Shown here piece after piece: positions 1 through 15,500 of a stretch of DNA of 64,000 nucleotides (its first letter is position 1; every line of letters starts with the position of its first letter). A program made the position numbers and the translations under genes. The notes below the pieces were generated by a model. It made no database searches and had not been told where the DNA came from. It saw nothing but the letters and a program-made list of their open reading frames with translations. The stretch is taken from contig JBHGNT010000006.1 in the NCBI GenBank assembly GCA_043228905.1, positions 868,001-932,000 on the forward strand, given 5' to 3'. This stretch comes from Azolla caroliniana (taxonomy: Eukaryota; Plantae; Polypodiophyta).

Positions 1-3000
1 GTCCCTCTCCTTCTCGACTTGAACATTTGCCTTCTTGACTTTAACCAATGTTGGCCACAGTTAAGAGTTTTGTGCATCTAGTTAAATTGTCACCTTAACC
101 AACTACACCCCTCCATAGCAAAGCCAAATTTGTTTCCAACATGCTTTTCTTGTTTATCAGTGCATTATTGCCAAGTCTTATAATTTACAAACATTAAGTT
201 GGCAGCCACTTTTGATCTCTTTAAGCATGGTCATCTAATCCATCTTCCTTGTTATCATTCACTCATGTAGATAGATGCCAAATTATACTCACACTATGAT
301 TACAATCAAACATACTTCTATAGGTTTTGTGAAACTTTTACATATCTAACAAACTTCAATCCTTTTGCAATCTCACAACGAAGAGGGAATCCCATAGTAT
401 GTAAAGGCAAAAAATTAAATATGAACAAATGCTAGAAAAATGGCTCTTTGAAACTTACACATTGTGTCGAAGGAGGTTTCACAAACAACGAGAACATGAG
501 CAATATTTGAATATCTCACACTCAACTTCAATGTGTTTACATTTTCATGAATTCTATGGTTGCATCAGCAAATAGTGAATGGACATAAACCCAACTATAT
601 TGACGACACATTCGCACCCTTTTCATTGTCAACTCTTTTTAATGGCAATGTTCCATTGTTTTGGGTTCATTTTTTTAGGAAAGACGTGTTGTAGAGCCAT
701 TTTTATGAGCAAATGGTGACTATATTATGATTTATAATAAATTCAATATTAAAGTCTGCGTTAGAGACTTGACCCCGCAAACTTTAATATTGCATCAAAC
801 AAATTGACCATTGTGCACACCAATATTTGAATTTTAGAGTTTCGATAAACCAACCAAATTATGTTATGCAATGCATAAAGAATTTTTTGTTATGCCGTCC
901 AAAATTTTCATAATCATTAACGATATGATTGCGCAAATGTGTGTAGGGTTGAACAAGGAATGTAAAAATATAGACATTCATGGGTACGTTATGGATGTGT
1001 GAAGGATGCTACACTTGACGGTCTATGATTATGTTAATGAATGATTAATTGACAGTGGAATGTAGGGTCATATGTTCATGGGTATATCATGGATGTTTAC
1101 AGGATCTCTAGGTAAAATGGTGTAATTAGGATAATGGATTGTGGTTCATATGGAATGAAAATAAGAGATATAAAATCATGAATAGTATCATGTATAGGTT
1201 ACACAAACATCATGGATGTATCGCGCATGGGTCGTGGAGAGCAAACCCGCATTTTTTAAAACATGCCAATCTTCACTAAAAGCTTTGCGTCATCGGAATT
1301 CCCTGTGACAGACCTATTCTTTATCAATACCTACATGTGAGCAATCCTATCAATAAGACTACTTAAAATATAATGGTTAAATATTTGGAAATCAAAGTTA
1401 TACATACAAAATACTCGCCTAAGATTGCTTCCCACATCAAAGTCACTATGTAAATGTCGCATTATAAGACTAAGAATGAGTGTTTTATGACATGCATCCA
1501 TTCCCTTTACCACTATGTGCCCTTCTCCAATAATTAAATTTATCTCAGCCCAAGACCACCTACATCTACTACTCCTTGTATCTCACCTTTCATAGTACGT
1601 AACCCCTCCATCATTGTGTATCTTTATAGGTTCTCATCCACATCCACCTACTTTTCTAGATCCATCCCTCTACCTTTCCTTGGTTTGGGATGTGTCTACA
1701 TTGTGGTCACTAACAATATGAACCAACTTGATTTTTTGCTCGGATATTTATGAATGGTCATGGAACCTTATGACTACATTTCAATGGAATAAAGACTAAC
1801 TCATTGTTATTTCATTCTAATGGAACACAAAGTTTGCAATTAACATGTACTGTGTTCGTTTGTAGTGTAAGGATGACGTATGTATGTTAGTGATAATGTT
1901 ATATGTATATCTAAGCAAAGTAACTGCAAAAGGTTATATCGAAAAAGAATACAAGAAACATATTTTAATTGCACGTGACTTTATTGTTTCAAAGTTCATG
2001 ATATTTCTATGACTCTCAAGAATCCATTCTCATTTTGGATCCACGATGTTATGAAATGTTTAAGGTAGTATAATTATGGAATTACCTAATTGATGGCAAT
2101 GTATGTACCTTGAATATGATTGTCCAAGGATATTCCTTTAGGTTTGTCTCTAAAATGTTTAATGTAGCATGTCATTGACCTTGTTTTTGGTGCTAAAACT
2201 AATTTGCAAGGCAATATATTTTATAACACTAGAGACTCGAGAGCATCTATGATTTTGGCTAAAAAAAGAATGATGGCACCATGTGTATATAGATTGACTA
2301 TCATGATCTTATGCAATTTAATAGACATATTATGCAATAATTATTTCACAAAGGGATATTTACATTTTAGTTATTATAGAAATGCACATCAACATGAATT
2401 ATATGCATATGCACTTAATGCTGATCTAGTTTTTCTGAGTTGATGTTACAATCATGCAATTTCATGGACGTTTATGCTCTTGATTTTGGAATTTTTGTGG
2501 TCGTTTTCTGCTTTCATCTTGAAGATATACTCATGTATAAGGATGCCATTTTGAAATATTAGCAATACTTACAACGTTTAAGGAAAAGTGAATGTTTAAA
2601 CTTTATACAATATATTTGAAGTGTGAATATTAGACCTTTTTGTACTACCTTGAACATATTAGTGCAAATATCAGTTTGGCATAGAAGTTTCTTAGTCTTA
2701 CGTGCCATTGTAGTATCAGAACATATAAACAGAAAACAAAGGAATGTGCAACCTTTTCTATTTGTGAAGATAAGCATTTTACTAGTAATAATTGCCTATC
2801 TTCACAAATAGCAACATAGAGGAAAAGTAAATGAATCCCCAAACTCGCAGAATCCAAAAATACCATTGTATTTTTAAAATTACCCATATATCCCAAAATA
2901 TACTCTCCTCTGTCCACAAGTGTGTGTGTGAGTGTAAAAGAGCATTTAGAAACTTCTCGTCGAATCAAAGATGTGTAACGTACTATGCAAAAGAATCTAA

Positions 3001-3407
3001 CAAGTTTCTAGTCCTACCACAATAGTGAGACATTACTAAAAAAATGATTGTATGTATCTCACGACGGATTCGTAGAACTGATTAGATATGTACAAATCTA
3101 GTAATAATAACACCTAATAAGCTTTTTACTGACTTCTGGATTCGAATCAACAACTCGACTATGAAAGCGAAACTTTTGATCATTGAGTCACGTAGATAAC
3201 TTACATATTTATGTCATACTTAGCGAGGTATTTGGAAAAAAGTATGTGCTCTATTGGAGAGAGAGGTAATGTATGAGTACAAATTTGTCCCCGACATTTA
3301 ACAAGGATATGCGCAAGCTGCATCAAACAACAATTGTTTGTAGCATCCAAGGATGAATTGTTAATAGTAATAAAAAATAATTGCATGAGTATTATTCATA
3401 AATGTTA

Positions 3408-3711
3408 GGGAAAAGTACCAGGATACCCCTGAAAGTTTGTCTATTTACCAGAATGCCCCTGGAAGTTCCAAATTTACCAAACTACCCCTATGTCCAAAAA
3501 ATTACACTTTATAAAGTAATTATACACTCAATTATTTGGTAAATGGGTCTAGTTCGGGTCCATTTCTTCCATCTTTGGTAAATAGGGCTTGTAGATTTGA
3601 GTGTATAATTACTTTAATTTTTTGGACATAAGGGTAATTTGGTAAATTTAGAACTTCTAGGGGTATTCTGGTAAATAGACGAACTTCCAGGGGTATCCTG
3701 GTACTTTTCCC
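3408..3711. mobile_element. Mutator (MULE)-type MITE, 304 bp
   Basis: ~95-bp terminal inverted repeats (GGGAAAAGTACCAGGATACCCCTG... / ...CAGGGGTATCCTGGTACTTTTCCC). Perfect 9-bp TSD TAAATGTTA at 3399-3407 and 3712-3720. No ORF. Confidence 0.9.
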
Positions 3712-3850
3712 TAAATGTTAAGTATGTTGTTGGCATAAGTGGTTGTAAGTATATACTCTTTATACGAACGGAATGCCGAATACGACGTATGATACGTATG
3801 TCATACTGAAGAGAAGCCGAGAAACAGAGGAAGAGAAGAGAAGAGAAGAG

Positions 3851-4284
3851 ATGGAGGCAGCGAGACCAGATCTCGCAGGTCTGTTTCGTGTGCCCCCTCC
3901 TCCCCGGGGCTCTCGTTCATCTCCCCATCTCCCCTCTTCTTCTTCTTCTTCTTCTTCTTCTTCTTCCTCTCTCTTCTTCTATGCTTCCTCCATCTTCCTC
4001 ATCCTCTCGGGAACCCTCTCCTTCCTCGCTTTCCTCTATGCTGCTATCCTCTGCAAAATTTTCCCTCCTCCTTCCTCACCTTCTTCGTCTGGACTATCTA
4101 AGCTCCTCACATTTATTCACAATGACTGGTAAGTGTCTTTCCTTTCATTTCATTCCACTTGCACACCGTTGGTTATGATGATCATGGCGATGAACTACGA
4201 CGACGGTGGTGGTGATGATGATGGGGACATGTGCTGATGTATTGTTTTCCTCATTGGGCCAGTAATATGGCATATGTGATTGAG

Positions 4285-4329
<45 letters not shown>

Positions 4330-4878
4330 CTGTTATAAGTTGGTTAAAGATAGAGCTTGGTAGGTGTTGTTTACATGACACATCATCTGATGTGTATGAC
4401 GGTGATAGCGAACGCTTGATGCACAATGACAATCTCATCTTCCATCCCATGCAAGAAAAGGTGTTTCTTTGAGGGCCATGCGATTGCATTTCTGATGGGA
4501 CATGTTCTTTCTGTACAATGATCGAGGAGGATAACACAAACGAACTTATATACTTGTTTGCTATAAAGTCATTTAAATTGCCATGCTATGACTCTGGCTG
4601 GACATTGTTTTAATATAAGGTAATATATGACTACCTTAGGAACACCACGATGTGTTCTTGTTTGATGTTCCCCATGGAGTATCAGAAGATGTACTGAAAA
4701 GAAATTCGATGTGGTAGTTCTCACATCTCAGCTCTCCAAGCGCATTGTCGTCAGTCAAGTTATTGTTATATCAACTAGTCATGCAAGGGCTCAGAAAGTT
4801 TACCTGGTCATAAATATCCTCACCGTTATAGGAAAAACAAGGGTTTTCTATGTCCACTACTTATATATGTGTGTGTGT

Positions 4879-4931
<53 letters not shown>

Positions 4932-5041
4932 ATTCATTGTTTACCAGGTACTATTGCCTATTGATCCCATTAACAGGTCCAGTAATTATAATTGCAGTTT
5001 ATCTCCATTGGTTGAGTATGAAACTTTTCAAGCATGCCTAA
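3851..5041 (+). CDS. PIG-Y: Phosphatidylinositol N-acetylglucosaminyltransferase subunit Y (GPI-GnT subunit); exons 3851-4128 and 4948-5041
   Basis: A GT-AG intron joins ...IHNDW to YYCLLIPLTGPVIIIAVYLHWLSMKLFKHA*. Two hydrophobic helices and the plant PIG-Y C-terminus (NDWYYC..VPLT.P...AVY.HWLSMKLFKHA) are present. Confidence 0.85.
4285..4328. repeat. (AG)n microsatellite; others at 4880-4928, 27890-27927, 54902-54924 and 58100-58135
   Basis: Read directly from the sequence. Confidence 0.95.
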
Positions 5042-6505
5042 TTGTAAATAATAACGTCCATACCATTTTCTATGGGTTGTGATTGCATCATAAACATTAT
5101 GGCGACGCCACCCAAATGGAGCAATCCATCCTCATTGATGTAGTTGGTATTCTCTTGGCTTTGTTGGTTCAATAACATAATATATGTTATGATATACTAT
5201 CATGCCTTGTGATGTCAAAACTGGTATGCAAGTTTTAAAGAAATTAATTGGATTAATGTTTACCGTTTACTTTGGTTTGCATTTTCCCTTAAAAAAAATT
5301 CTCATTAGTGGTGGTAACAATTTAGGTTATAATGTCAAAATCCATGCTTGAGATAAAGAGCTATCACACATGAATGATTCCATCAAACAAATGACAGTCT
5401 TGTGAGAACTCACGACGGAAAGTTGGATAAACTCTGAGGTTGCAACAATGGAAGCTTGGGGTAGTGAACTAAGAGGGAAGATTTAGCCATTGCCTCTTTT
5501 CTTGTATTTGATCATATACATATTGAACAGTTTACTTGCTTTATGTTTGTCAAACAATTTAGGCAGTTTTTGTTCATTGAACAATTACCATAATGACCAG
5601 GACATTTTTCATCATTCCCAATCAATAATTTCATGGATATATTTGACCTCTTCTATTACTCTGTCAAGGAGCGTGGAGAAACATCAAGCTAGCCTGTCAT
5701 AAATTATACAATATTACACCATACATACTTTTAAGGATCTTCTGAAGTAAGAAAATCCATATTTATCATGATTTCCCTGTATGCAAACCTTCTCAATTCC
5801 ATATTTATCAACCTCCAGATGTTAATGTAGTCATAACGTTTTATCTAATAACAAAATTGCAACACCTAGATGTTTCTGTCACCTACTAAAATTTATGTTG
5901 AAGATGAAAAATGGACGTCCTTCTAAAGTTCTCCTTATGTCTGACTGTGTTTAAGATGGGTAACAAATATAAAATAACTATACATAAATAAACAAATTAA
6001 TGGATCGACTTCAGACAGTATGTAGCAATTGATTTAAATTGAAGGCATGATTTCCTAGAAAAATAAAAATGCAAAAACATCACCCGTTTGGTAAATGTAT
6101 TAGACATGTTATGGTATAAACATATCACGAAAAACATCATTAATTAGCAAATTATCCAAGATACTGCCATAAAAGGTTAAGGAGTTGTTTTTGACAGTGG
6201 ATACAGACCACAAATAAATCCGTTAGTCCCATACAGCTTATTTGTTAATATACTAAAAGACTCATCAGCTTTCTGAATAGACTTGGCATGGACATATTAG
6301 GCAAGGAATCTCATGTGCAAATGCAGATGACTTCAGCATCTAATGCCAATCATCATAAAAAATATTACAAAATTTCCTACTTTACAAAAGCAATATCATA
6401 TCAGATACTCTATTTTTCTCACTTGCTATATTTTTAAATGTTACTTGCAAAAGTCTCATATGCATCTGCAAACAAATCTAACTTGTGGAAAGTTAGCAGA
6501 AATGC

Positions 6506-9500
6506 CTATTGAATCCTCTTCCTCTTCTTCACATCTATTGATTTATCCAAATTTGCATCTTTCACTCTCCTTTGATCAGAATCTTGAAGTTTATCCTGAT
6601 CTGATTGGTCAGTGCTTTCGAATCTGCTTCCATCCTTGAACACATCAGAAAATGCTTTCAAAGTACCTTCCTTGGCAGCCATTCGTTTTCTCCATTGTTC
6701 TGGGGCCTTAGAGTACCTGTAATTTAAAAAGACCATTATTGTTTGAAATTGATATCTTTTCACGAGCTTTATTTTGTTTTTAGTTTAGACAAAACTATGA
6801 CAGTTTTCATCATCTGGCACAATTGCATTTATACTATCATTTTTTCACTTCAACCTCACTTCATCACCCTAGGTTTCTCCCAGATCTCCAACCAATGCAA
6901 ATGCATATAGATCCACAGATGTGAGCATTTTCACATTTGGCAAGGTGCACACAACAAGATGAAAATGTATGATGCATGAACGTGTATTATCAAGAAAGAG
7001 GCTCAAAAAATCACGCAGGCAACTTTATAAAGGTTCAATCAAAGTTTAAACTAGACTACTCTCTGCTTGCTAATGTACCTGTTTGCGCCTTCATCAACTT
7101 CTAGACCATGCAAACAGCTTTATAAAGGTTTTAGGTTTAAATTGTAAGGCCTTCTGCTAACAGATGTACTTACTTAACCCTTCCATAACTCCTAATTACT
7201 TAGCTAGTTGTCTGCTTGTAGCACATGACCCCCTAGTTAGACATCAACCACAAAAACTCCATGTTATTATGTATGTTACTGGCCCGTTTCATAACTCAGC
7301 ACCTCAGTTTCAAATGAAGATCGCTAGAATTCTTGGTCAAGAGAAAACTCCCACAAACTGCATGCTCCAGTTATAACATGGTGAGACACAAAGAGAACTA
7401 TCAACACACTAAAACCAACTTCAATGAGAGTCCTACTTCTGCAAAGCTTACGAGAGACCTAACTAAATCCATCTTATTTTGTAGGCTTACAAACTGTATG
7501 CTCCAGCTATACCATGGTGAGACACAGAGAGCTATCAACACATTAAAGCCAACTTCAATGAGAGTCCTACTTCTGCAAAGCTTACGAGAGACCTAACTAA
7601 ATTCATCCTATACTGTAGGATTGAAAGGCCCATTTAGTGTCCATCATGACAGAAAGGAACTTCTTCTCTCCTTTTGCCTGGTTTTCCTGTATGCTCCAAA
7701 ATCATACTAAAAATATCATGCATTGCAACTCACATACCATGACCCTATGTAACTTCCAATTTTAGGACGCCTTGTAAAAACAACAGAAAAGTTTTGTCAA
7801 GTGGTAGTTTTTGTTTCTTAGAGAATATCTGTACCAATTTCATATAATATAAACAAGGACAAATGTTACACCATATTTCAACATTTAGAGCTAATACTAG
7901 ATAGTATTACATCAGTTTAGCACCCTCCAAAATCTTAATATCAATTCTACAACATCCAACTTCTGGACCTTAAATGAAATTCATGTATTAAAGCATCAGA
8001 GCAAATTAAAAGAATATTAAGGAGAACAATTTTCAGGTTTTACCCTGTCACGTCAAATTTTTTGACGAGATGTGGCCCGTGCTTAGTTTTCTCGAGTTCC
8101 ATCTGTACTAAAGCCAGCTCTGAGGTGATGGCCTCTTTCAGATCTAATTTCCCCACAGAAAAACACTTCTCAACAGTAAAAGAGCTACAGGTCTGCTTTG
8201 CTAGCTCTCCAAAATACCCTTTCAACCTAGAGATGAACAGATGATAATTGTAAATTAGAATGACAGATTAGTACAATAGTCAGGTAGCATACAGGCTTAC
8301 ATACTTTGAGAGCAGACGATTTTTCTGTTTCCACGGCGCAGTAGAAAGTAAAAAACTTTCAATCACATGACAACCCCCGAGATCCTTCACAGTCCATACA
8401 AGATCCGCAGGTTCCATGCTAATCAGGCTTAACCAAAACTGCTGGTTGCATTCCTGTATAGCATAATCAAACGAAATGCAAGAAGTTTTACACCCCTTGA
8501 AACTGGTAAACATGTCATGTTATGAAATAGAAACAAAAGAAAATTCAAATTGCATAAAACATCGACATTTCTGACCGAACTTGTGTGCAATTAAAAAATG
8601 AATATCTCAACAAGGTTTTAAAACCTCGCAATGTTCCAGATGAAGCATTTCTCTTTGTAAATGTATTGCAATGTCTGATTGAAAAATAAGTGTAGATACA
8701 GACCAAGAAAGAGATAAAAATAACTTAATGTCTTTTAAGAGGCCAAAATGACCTATAAGACCAAACAAGATATCACATCTTAGAATCAGAGGGAGACAGT
8801 AAGACAAGAATCTAAAAAGGCAAATCCAGCAGATTAACAATTTGAGATATAGCCTCAACATGATAAGACATGAGTGGATCCATAACCCAAAAGAGGCATT
8901 GACAAAGGGAATGTGTTTCAATAACAAAAATGCAAGAGATTATATAATATAAATTCAAATCAATAGAAAAAAGATAAGCAGTGTTTGGAAGGGTAAGAAT
9001 CTAGGAACTTGTATGTCAATTGATAACAAAGGAAAAAAACTAAAGAAAGATCAGCATTCTATTACTAAGTACAACGAGAAAATTCTTTGAATTAAAAGCA
9101 AGTTAAGTTAAATATCGAGTTCACATCAACATCCAATCAAAATCAAGGTCGTTCAAATTAGATCCTGAATTCACAAATGAAAAAGAAAAATTTAGAGTTT
9201 TCTTAGCAAGACCTGAGACTTGCAAGCCACTATTAAACTACCTAATAATTCTCAGACATCCATGATAGCATTTACCATTCAATCTACATTAGATGTATCA
9301 TATTTCAATCAGACTTGACTATGTCATGACACCACATTTCAGCTGTTTCATTCATTGACTTCACATTTTAGATTGATGAGTACAGATACATTTCGCAGTG
9401 ACCATGGCCACACACTAGCATTTTTCAAATCACAGCAGCAATATAAAAACAATATACAACTTCACCTCACAAATCTAACAAATGCCACATGATCCTTGAT

Positions 9501-12500
9501 ATGCAAGGCATTCATTTCATTTTTCAGATTAAATGTATCCAGAAATATAAACTAGTTAAAGGAATTTACAATCGCCACATTTAATAACTGAAAGAATTAG
9601 AATCAAAGAATACTTGCCTCTCGAAATTGGAAAATCAATTGAAGCATAGTACATCCAAGAACTGACATTTTAGTTCCAAACTGTGGCTTCCAATTTAGTG
9701 AACAGTTACTTCTGGCATAACATTCAAGGAATAATAGTCGTGAAACCAAAGAAGGCAGACAAGAACCATCGGGGGATAGTGCCTTCCCAAGCAATCTGCA
9801 AACCTTAAAATTTCAGGAAATAGGTTACACCTCCAATGCTGAAAAGTTGTTCCAATATAATATCAAGAGAATACATTTCACATACCTCTCCTTCATTGGA
9901 ATGAAACTTCTTACAAGCATTCAAAATGCTCACAATAATGCCTGATCGCATCCCCTTAATCAGTGTTGAGAAGTTAGTATTCAGCTCTGCAAGCAAAGAG
10001 TTCAACTGAAACGGGTACATTACTTTCTCTATCCTGCTCCCTCTCTCTCTCTCTCTCTGACTGTGTGGCAATCTTTGGGATCTACATAGAAATCTCTTAT
10101 TATATTATTAAAGAAGGGGATAGGGGTGTTCCGTTGCTGTATAATTGGATACCTACTCTCATATATGGTGAGAACCTGCCTGTTGAAACACCTCAGTGGG
10201 TGACCAGGTCAGGACCTGCTATCATGTCTGGACAGGACAAGGATGGATTATGTCACGTCAATGAGCAATGATGCAAATACTCGACTTATAGCACTAGGCG
10301 GACTACAGAGGATAGGTTAACAGACTCACTTGTGGCTGTTTGATACGCTTGCTACTCCTGCAATTCTTTATAAAGTGCAGATTTTGGGTACTAGCTTGAA
10401 CCATAATTGCAGATCAAGAGGCATATCTAATGGCTGGAGATTGATGGACGAACTTCTTGTGTCCATGATATCTGGAATGAGTTCAGGCCAAAGCATCTGT
10501 AACCCAAGAGATGTATCAGAGACACCAGGTTGCTTTTGAAGTTGAGATGGCTACCCTAGAAGCTTGTCAGGTCAGTGTTCTTTAATCATTGTACATGACA
10601 TCTTCCTTGGACATCAGAATGTATTCAGTATTCATGTATGGGTAATGTCTTTTTATTTTTCCTCTAGTCAAGAACCAACTATGATTCAGAATGTATTACA
10701 CCTGTCTCTCAATTAACCTATTCTCAATTTCTTGTATTACTGAGCATGGCTAAGATTGACATATTGTTGGAGGGATTTGACATCAACAACCAACATATTG
10801 TTGCTAATGGCTAAAAGGAAGCTGGCTTGTAAGGGCTTGACAGCTCCAACAGCCCACTAGTAGAAATCAACGGTTCGGCTCAAGCCTAAACTGAACCGCC
10901 AAACCGGTTTGACCTCGGTTTGGGATCGCTCAAACCAGTTAAGGCTTAATCGGCTTGGCTAAACCGATTTACAAAACGGTTTAGTTTAGGTTTGGAAACC
11001 CCCAAACCGGTTAAGGCTTAACTGGTTTGGTTTGGACAAACCAAACCGGTTAAGGCTTAACTGGTTTGGTTTGGACAAACCAAACCGGTTAAGCCTAAAC
11101 TGAACCATTGCCAATTCCTACCCACTACCATCCTCCAAATCTCTTCTACTACTCTTCATCAAAGTTTTGGAGGATGGTAGAAGAGATTTGGAGGATGATA
11201 GTGGGTAGGAATTGGCAATGGTTCGGTTTAGGCAAACCGGTTAAGCCTAAACCGAACCATTGCCAATTCCTACCCACTACCATCCTCCAAATCTCTTCTA
11301 CTACTCTTCATCAAAGTTTTGCTTTGGTAGCTCAAGAATATCCTCAGCTGTTGCAAATGCCCACTTTAGAAACCTCAACTATGACTATCTCAAAAGCTCT
11401 CTTCATTCATGGACTTCCTCATTTCAAAGTCTCCATACCTCATGTGCGGCTTGTGTGCATGAGAAGCATCACAAGAAATCTTTTCCCTCTGATGCTGTTC
11501 ATTGGCCACATCCATTTTGGAGTCAGTGCAGATGTGGTCCAATGAGACACAACTCTTGAAGGTGCATGCTATTTCAAATAAGACAACTCTCTAGCTGAAA
11601 ACCGACCTCCAAAAAGGTTTGAAAATTCAAATCTGACAATGGTGGTGGGTTAATTTCACATGCCTTCCATAGCTTTTGTTCGCAAAGAGGTATTAATCGT
11701 TAGTTTTCTGTCCAAAAAAATCCACAATAAAATAGAATGGTAGAAGGAAAGAATAGGACAGTCCACGAAATGGTTTGAGTGATGCTGTCTCAATCATATC
11801 TTCCTCTCAGCTTTTGGGGTAAAGCTATATACACAGCTATCTGTGTCACCAACTGTCGTCCTACTAAGCTAGTTGCTGAAATGACCCCTAAATAGGCATT
11901 TACAGGTGACAAACCCTTGTTTTCTCATCTTCTATTGTTTGGATCTGCTGCATATGTTTATATTTCAGTTTGAGTTTCTTAGATATTTCAGCTATTCTAA
12001 GGCATATCGACTATGGGACCCTCACACTAAATCCATTGTGCTTGCTAGGTATGTTTGTTTTTAAGAGTGACGTTTACAAGTCAAGAATTTGTCGTGGAGG
12101 TCCCTTCTCCTTCCTCTACTTCAGCTAACCCACTTACTTCCTCCCCTCCTATTTCATCTACTGAAACTTGATCCTTTCTGCCAACTTTCTATATTCAATC
12201 CTCATCTCCTACTACTCACAAACCTACCCCTCCACATCAATTTCCATGATCACATAATGCCACCCTTCACCATTCAGGTGACAAACTCTCAGCTTTTCAC
12301 TCTCTCTCTTTCTCTCTCTCTCTCTCTCCCCCCTCTGGTTTTCTGCAATGTCTGCCTAATCTCTGTATCCTGTGGTTATCTCTTTATCCATCGGTTACAA
12401 TTTGGGAAGGCCGAGTGAGGATCATGATGGATTGGCAGGTGAGCATTTATATCTATGCCTCTGACATCTTTCTCCCATTGCTAGCAAACATCTTTAATAG

Positions 12501-15500
12501 AGCTATGTGTGAAGGTTTGAAATGCCATTGATCGGTTACAATTTGGGAAGTCACAAGATCATGATGGATTGGTAGGCAAACACTTTATCTGTGCCCATGA
12601 CATCTTGTGCCTATTATTCGCATAATTTTTAATAGAGCTATGTGTGAAGGTTTGAAATGCCATTGATCAATTACAATTTGGGAAGGCCCAAGATCATGAT
12701 GGATTGGTAAATGAGCACTTATCTATGCCCGTGACATCTTGCTCCCATTGCTTCTTAGCACACATCGTCAATAAAGCTGTGTGAAGGTTTCCCTACTAGA
12801 TAGACAGAACATACCATTGCGCCAATTCCCAAGAGTGGAGACCCCATGATGCCAAGCAACTATAGGAAAATCATGATTGGCCATTATTTGGTTCAACTAT
12901 TTTGCTTCATCCTAGAGTCAGAATTGAGTAAATGGGCAGAGCAAAATGAACGCCGTTCAGCTGGACAAGCAGGCTTCCGGAAGGGGTTCACAACTTTGGA
13001 TCACATATTGACACTCCAAGTTCTTATTGAGGGCAGAGCCCATAATACGAGGATTCATTGCTGATTTGTGGATTTCTGAAAAGCCTCGTGCTCAGCTAAT
13101 ACAATGGCTAGAAGACCTTGGTGTCCTTATAGATATGCAATGGGGAATCTATGCACTGTATGAATTCGTGTCAAAAAAAGTGCAGTCTCACAATGGCTAG
13201 TCAGAGGCTGTGGCTAGCACGAATGGAGTGTTAGGTGTAAAGGCCCGTAGTTCACAAATTAGGTAATTATTCATATATGTGAACACATTGTTCACCTGGA
13301 CAGGACACCTTTTTTTGTAATGTGAACACACCACTTTCTTTGTAAGGTTAACTAATATAATAACCTTTTTTTTTTCCTTGTGTACCAATCAAGGCGGTTG
13401 GGTACACCAAAGATCTGCGTGTCTCTACTCTCATCTCTACTACAGTCCTGTTTGCTGAACGTCATCTCTCAATAGCTGATCTGTCAAACATCCCTCTTTA
13501 CCTTTAACTGGTATCAGAGCCAAATCTCTTTCCTCTACTGTGCTGTTTTTCTTTAGATTCAGAATCAGCAGAAAACACAGATTTAAAAAATAAAAATAAA
13601 AATAAAATAAAAAATCTGTCAGACCCTTTCCTATTGGTATTCTGCTCAATTTCTGAAGGCATCTGTCATAAATCTTGGGAGCAATGGCCTCCACTTCAAC
13701 TGAAGTGAAAAACCTCTTTGAAATCAAGAGATTTGATGGAAAAGGTTTCGAATTGTGGAAAGAGCGTATGCTGGGCATCCTCTTTCTAAGAGATTGTGAA
13801 GATGCTCTTGTAGAAAAGAAACCAGAGAGCATGGAAAATGATGCTTGGAACACTCTGAATAAGAAAGCCATTACATATATTAAAATGGCTGTTTCTGATG
13901 AAATTCTTGTAGATTTAAAGGGCTTGACTACTGCCCATCAAGTTTGGGAGAAACTTAAGAAAACTTACGAGAATACTACTCCTGTGAATCAGGTGCATTT
14001 GATGAGAAAACTTGTCAGTATGAGGCTTGATGAGTCGAAAGGTGCAACAGAGCATCTATCGTTATTCACAGGTACTCTCTCCCAACTACAAGATTCAGGA
14101 TTACCAGCTTTTGATGACAAGCTCAAAGCTATCTTCCTACTTATGACTTTACCGGATTCGTGGGAAACTTTAGTTGTTTCACTATCTAATAGCCCCACCT
14201 TGACCTTCGATGGTGTGCGGGGCTCTATTCTTAGTGAAGAGATTAGAAGACAATCTAGTGGAGAAGGTAGTACAATATTAGGGGGAGATATGATAAGAGG
14301 AACCCAAATGTAGGACAAAGAAATAGAAGTAAGAGTAGAGGGAAAGGAAAACAACAAGATATCACATGCTATCATTGTGGCCGTAAAGGTCATAAGAAAC
14401 CTGATTGTAGATATTGGAAGATGGAACTAGAAAGGAAGAAGAATGTAGGAGAGAAGAAAAACAAAGAGGATAAGTTTAATACAACAGAGAAAGCTAATAT
14501 GGCTTCAATATTATCATTGAAGACCTATTTGGTGAAGATGGTGATGTACTTTGTATTACAGGTGATACCTTTATAGCTCATGTTCAAGACATACAAATCA
14601 CCAAAACAGATGTTATTGATGCTTTATTGTCAATCGATGATGGATTGACACAAACATGGATAGTAGACTCTGGGGCTTCTTTTCATGTTACTCCATGTTT
14701 GGAGTGCTTTACCACATTTGATGCAGGCAGTTATGGAAAAGTTTATCTTGGTAACAATAGTGCTTGCAATATTGATGGTATTGGAACCATACACTTGTCT
14801 TTGGATAATGGTCAAGAGCTTGTGCTCAAAGATGTTAGGTATGTACCTGGCATAAAGAAAAGTTTGCTATCTGTAGGACAGATGGATTTGCATGGTTACA
14901 CCACATTATTCGGTGGTGGATTATGGAAACTAAAGAAAGGATCTATGGTTATTGTGAAAGGTTGCAAAAAGGGCACTCTGTACTGTTTGCAATGCAAAGC
15001 TTTACCTGCAAGGCTGAATTCGACTCTCGTTTAGAGCTTTGGCATAAGAGATTAGGACATATGAGCCAAAAAGGACTTGAAGTCCTTTCTGCTTTAAAAA
15101 GATTTGATGTTAAAGGATCAAAGCTGGTTTTTTGTAATGATTGTCTATTTGGCAAACAAGTGAGAAATTCTTATTATTCTGGTATCTCTCGTAAACCAAA
15201 TGTGCTAGATTTGGTGCATTCTGATGTATGTAGCATGCCTATAAAATCCTTGGGCGGTGCTGCATATTTTATTTCCTTTATCGATGATTATTCTAGGAAG
15301 ATTTGGGTGTACTTGATGAAAAGAAAAGATGATGCATTTGATGCATTTAAATCTTTTCATGCATTTGTGACTACTCAAAAAGGGACAAAACTGAAATGTC
15401 TCAGAACAGATAATGGGGGTGAGTTTACATCTGCAGAATTTAAGTCTTATTGTGACTTACATGGTATTAAAAGAGAGCTTACAGCTCCATATAACCCTTC

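Noticed and set aside
1-3400. Short ORFs and possible decayed Copia traces
   Set aside because: AT-rich and too degenerate for a supportable call.
3773-3850. Upstream in-frame ATG extending PIG-Y
   Set aside because: It runs through GA-rich UTR-like sequence next to the MITE. The ATG at 3851 has better context, though the extension cannot be excluded.
11108-11559. 145-aa and 99-aa ORFs with a repeated MPIPTHYHPP segment
   Set aside because: An artefact of the local triplication within an intron.
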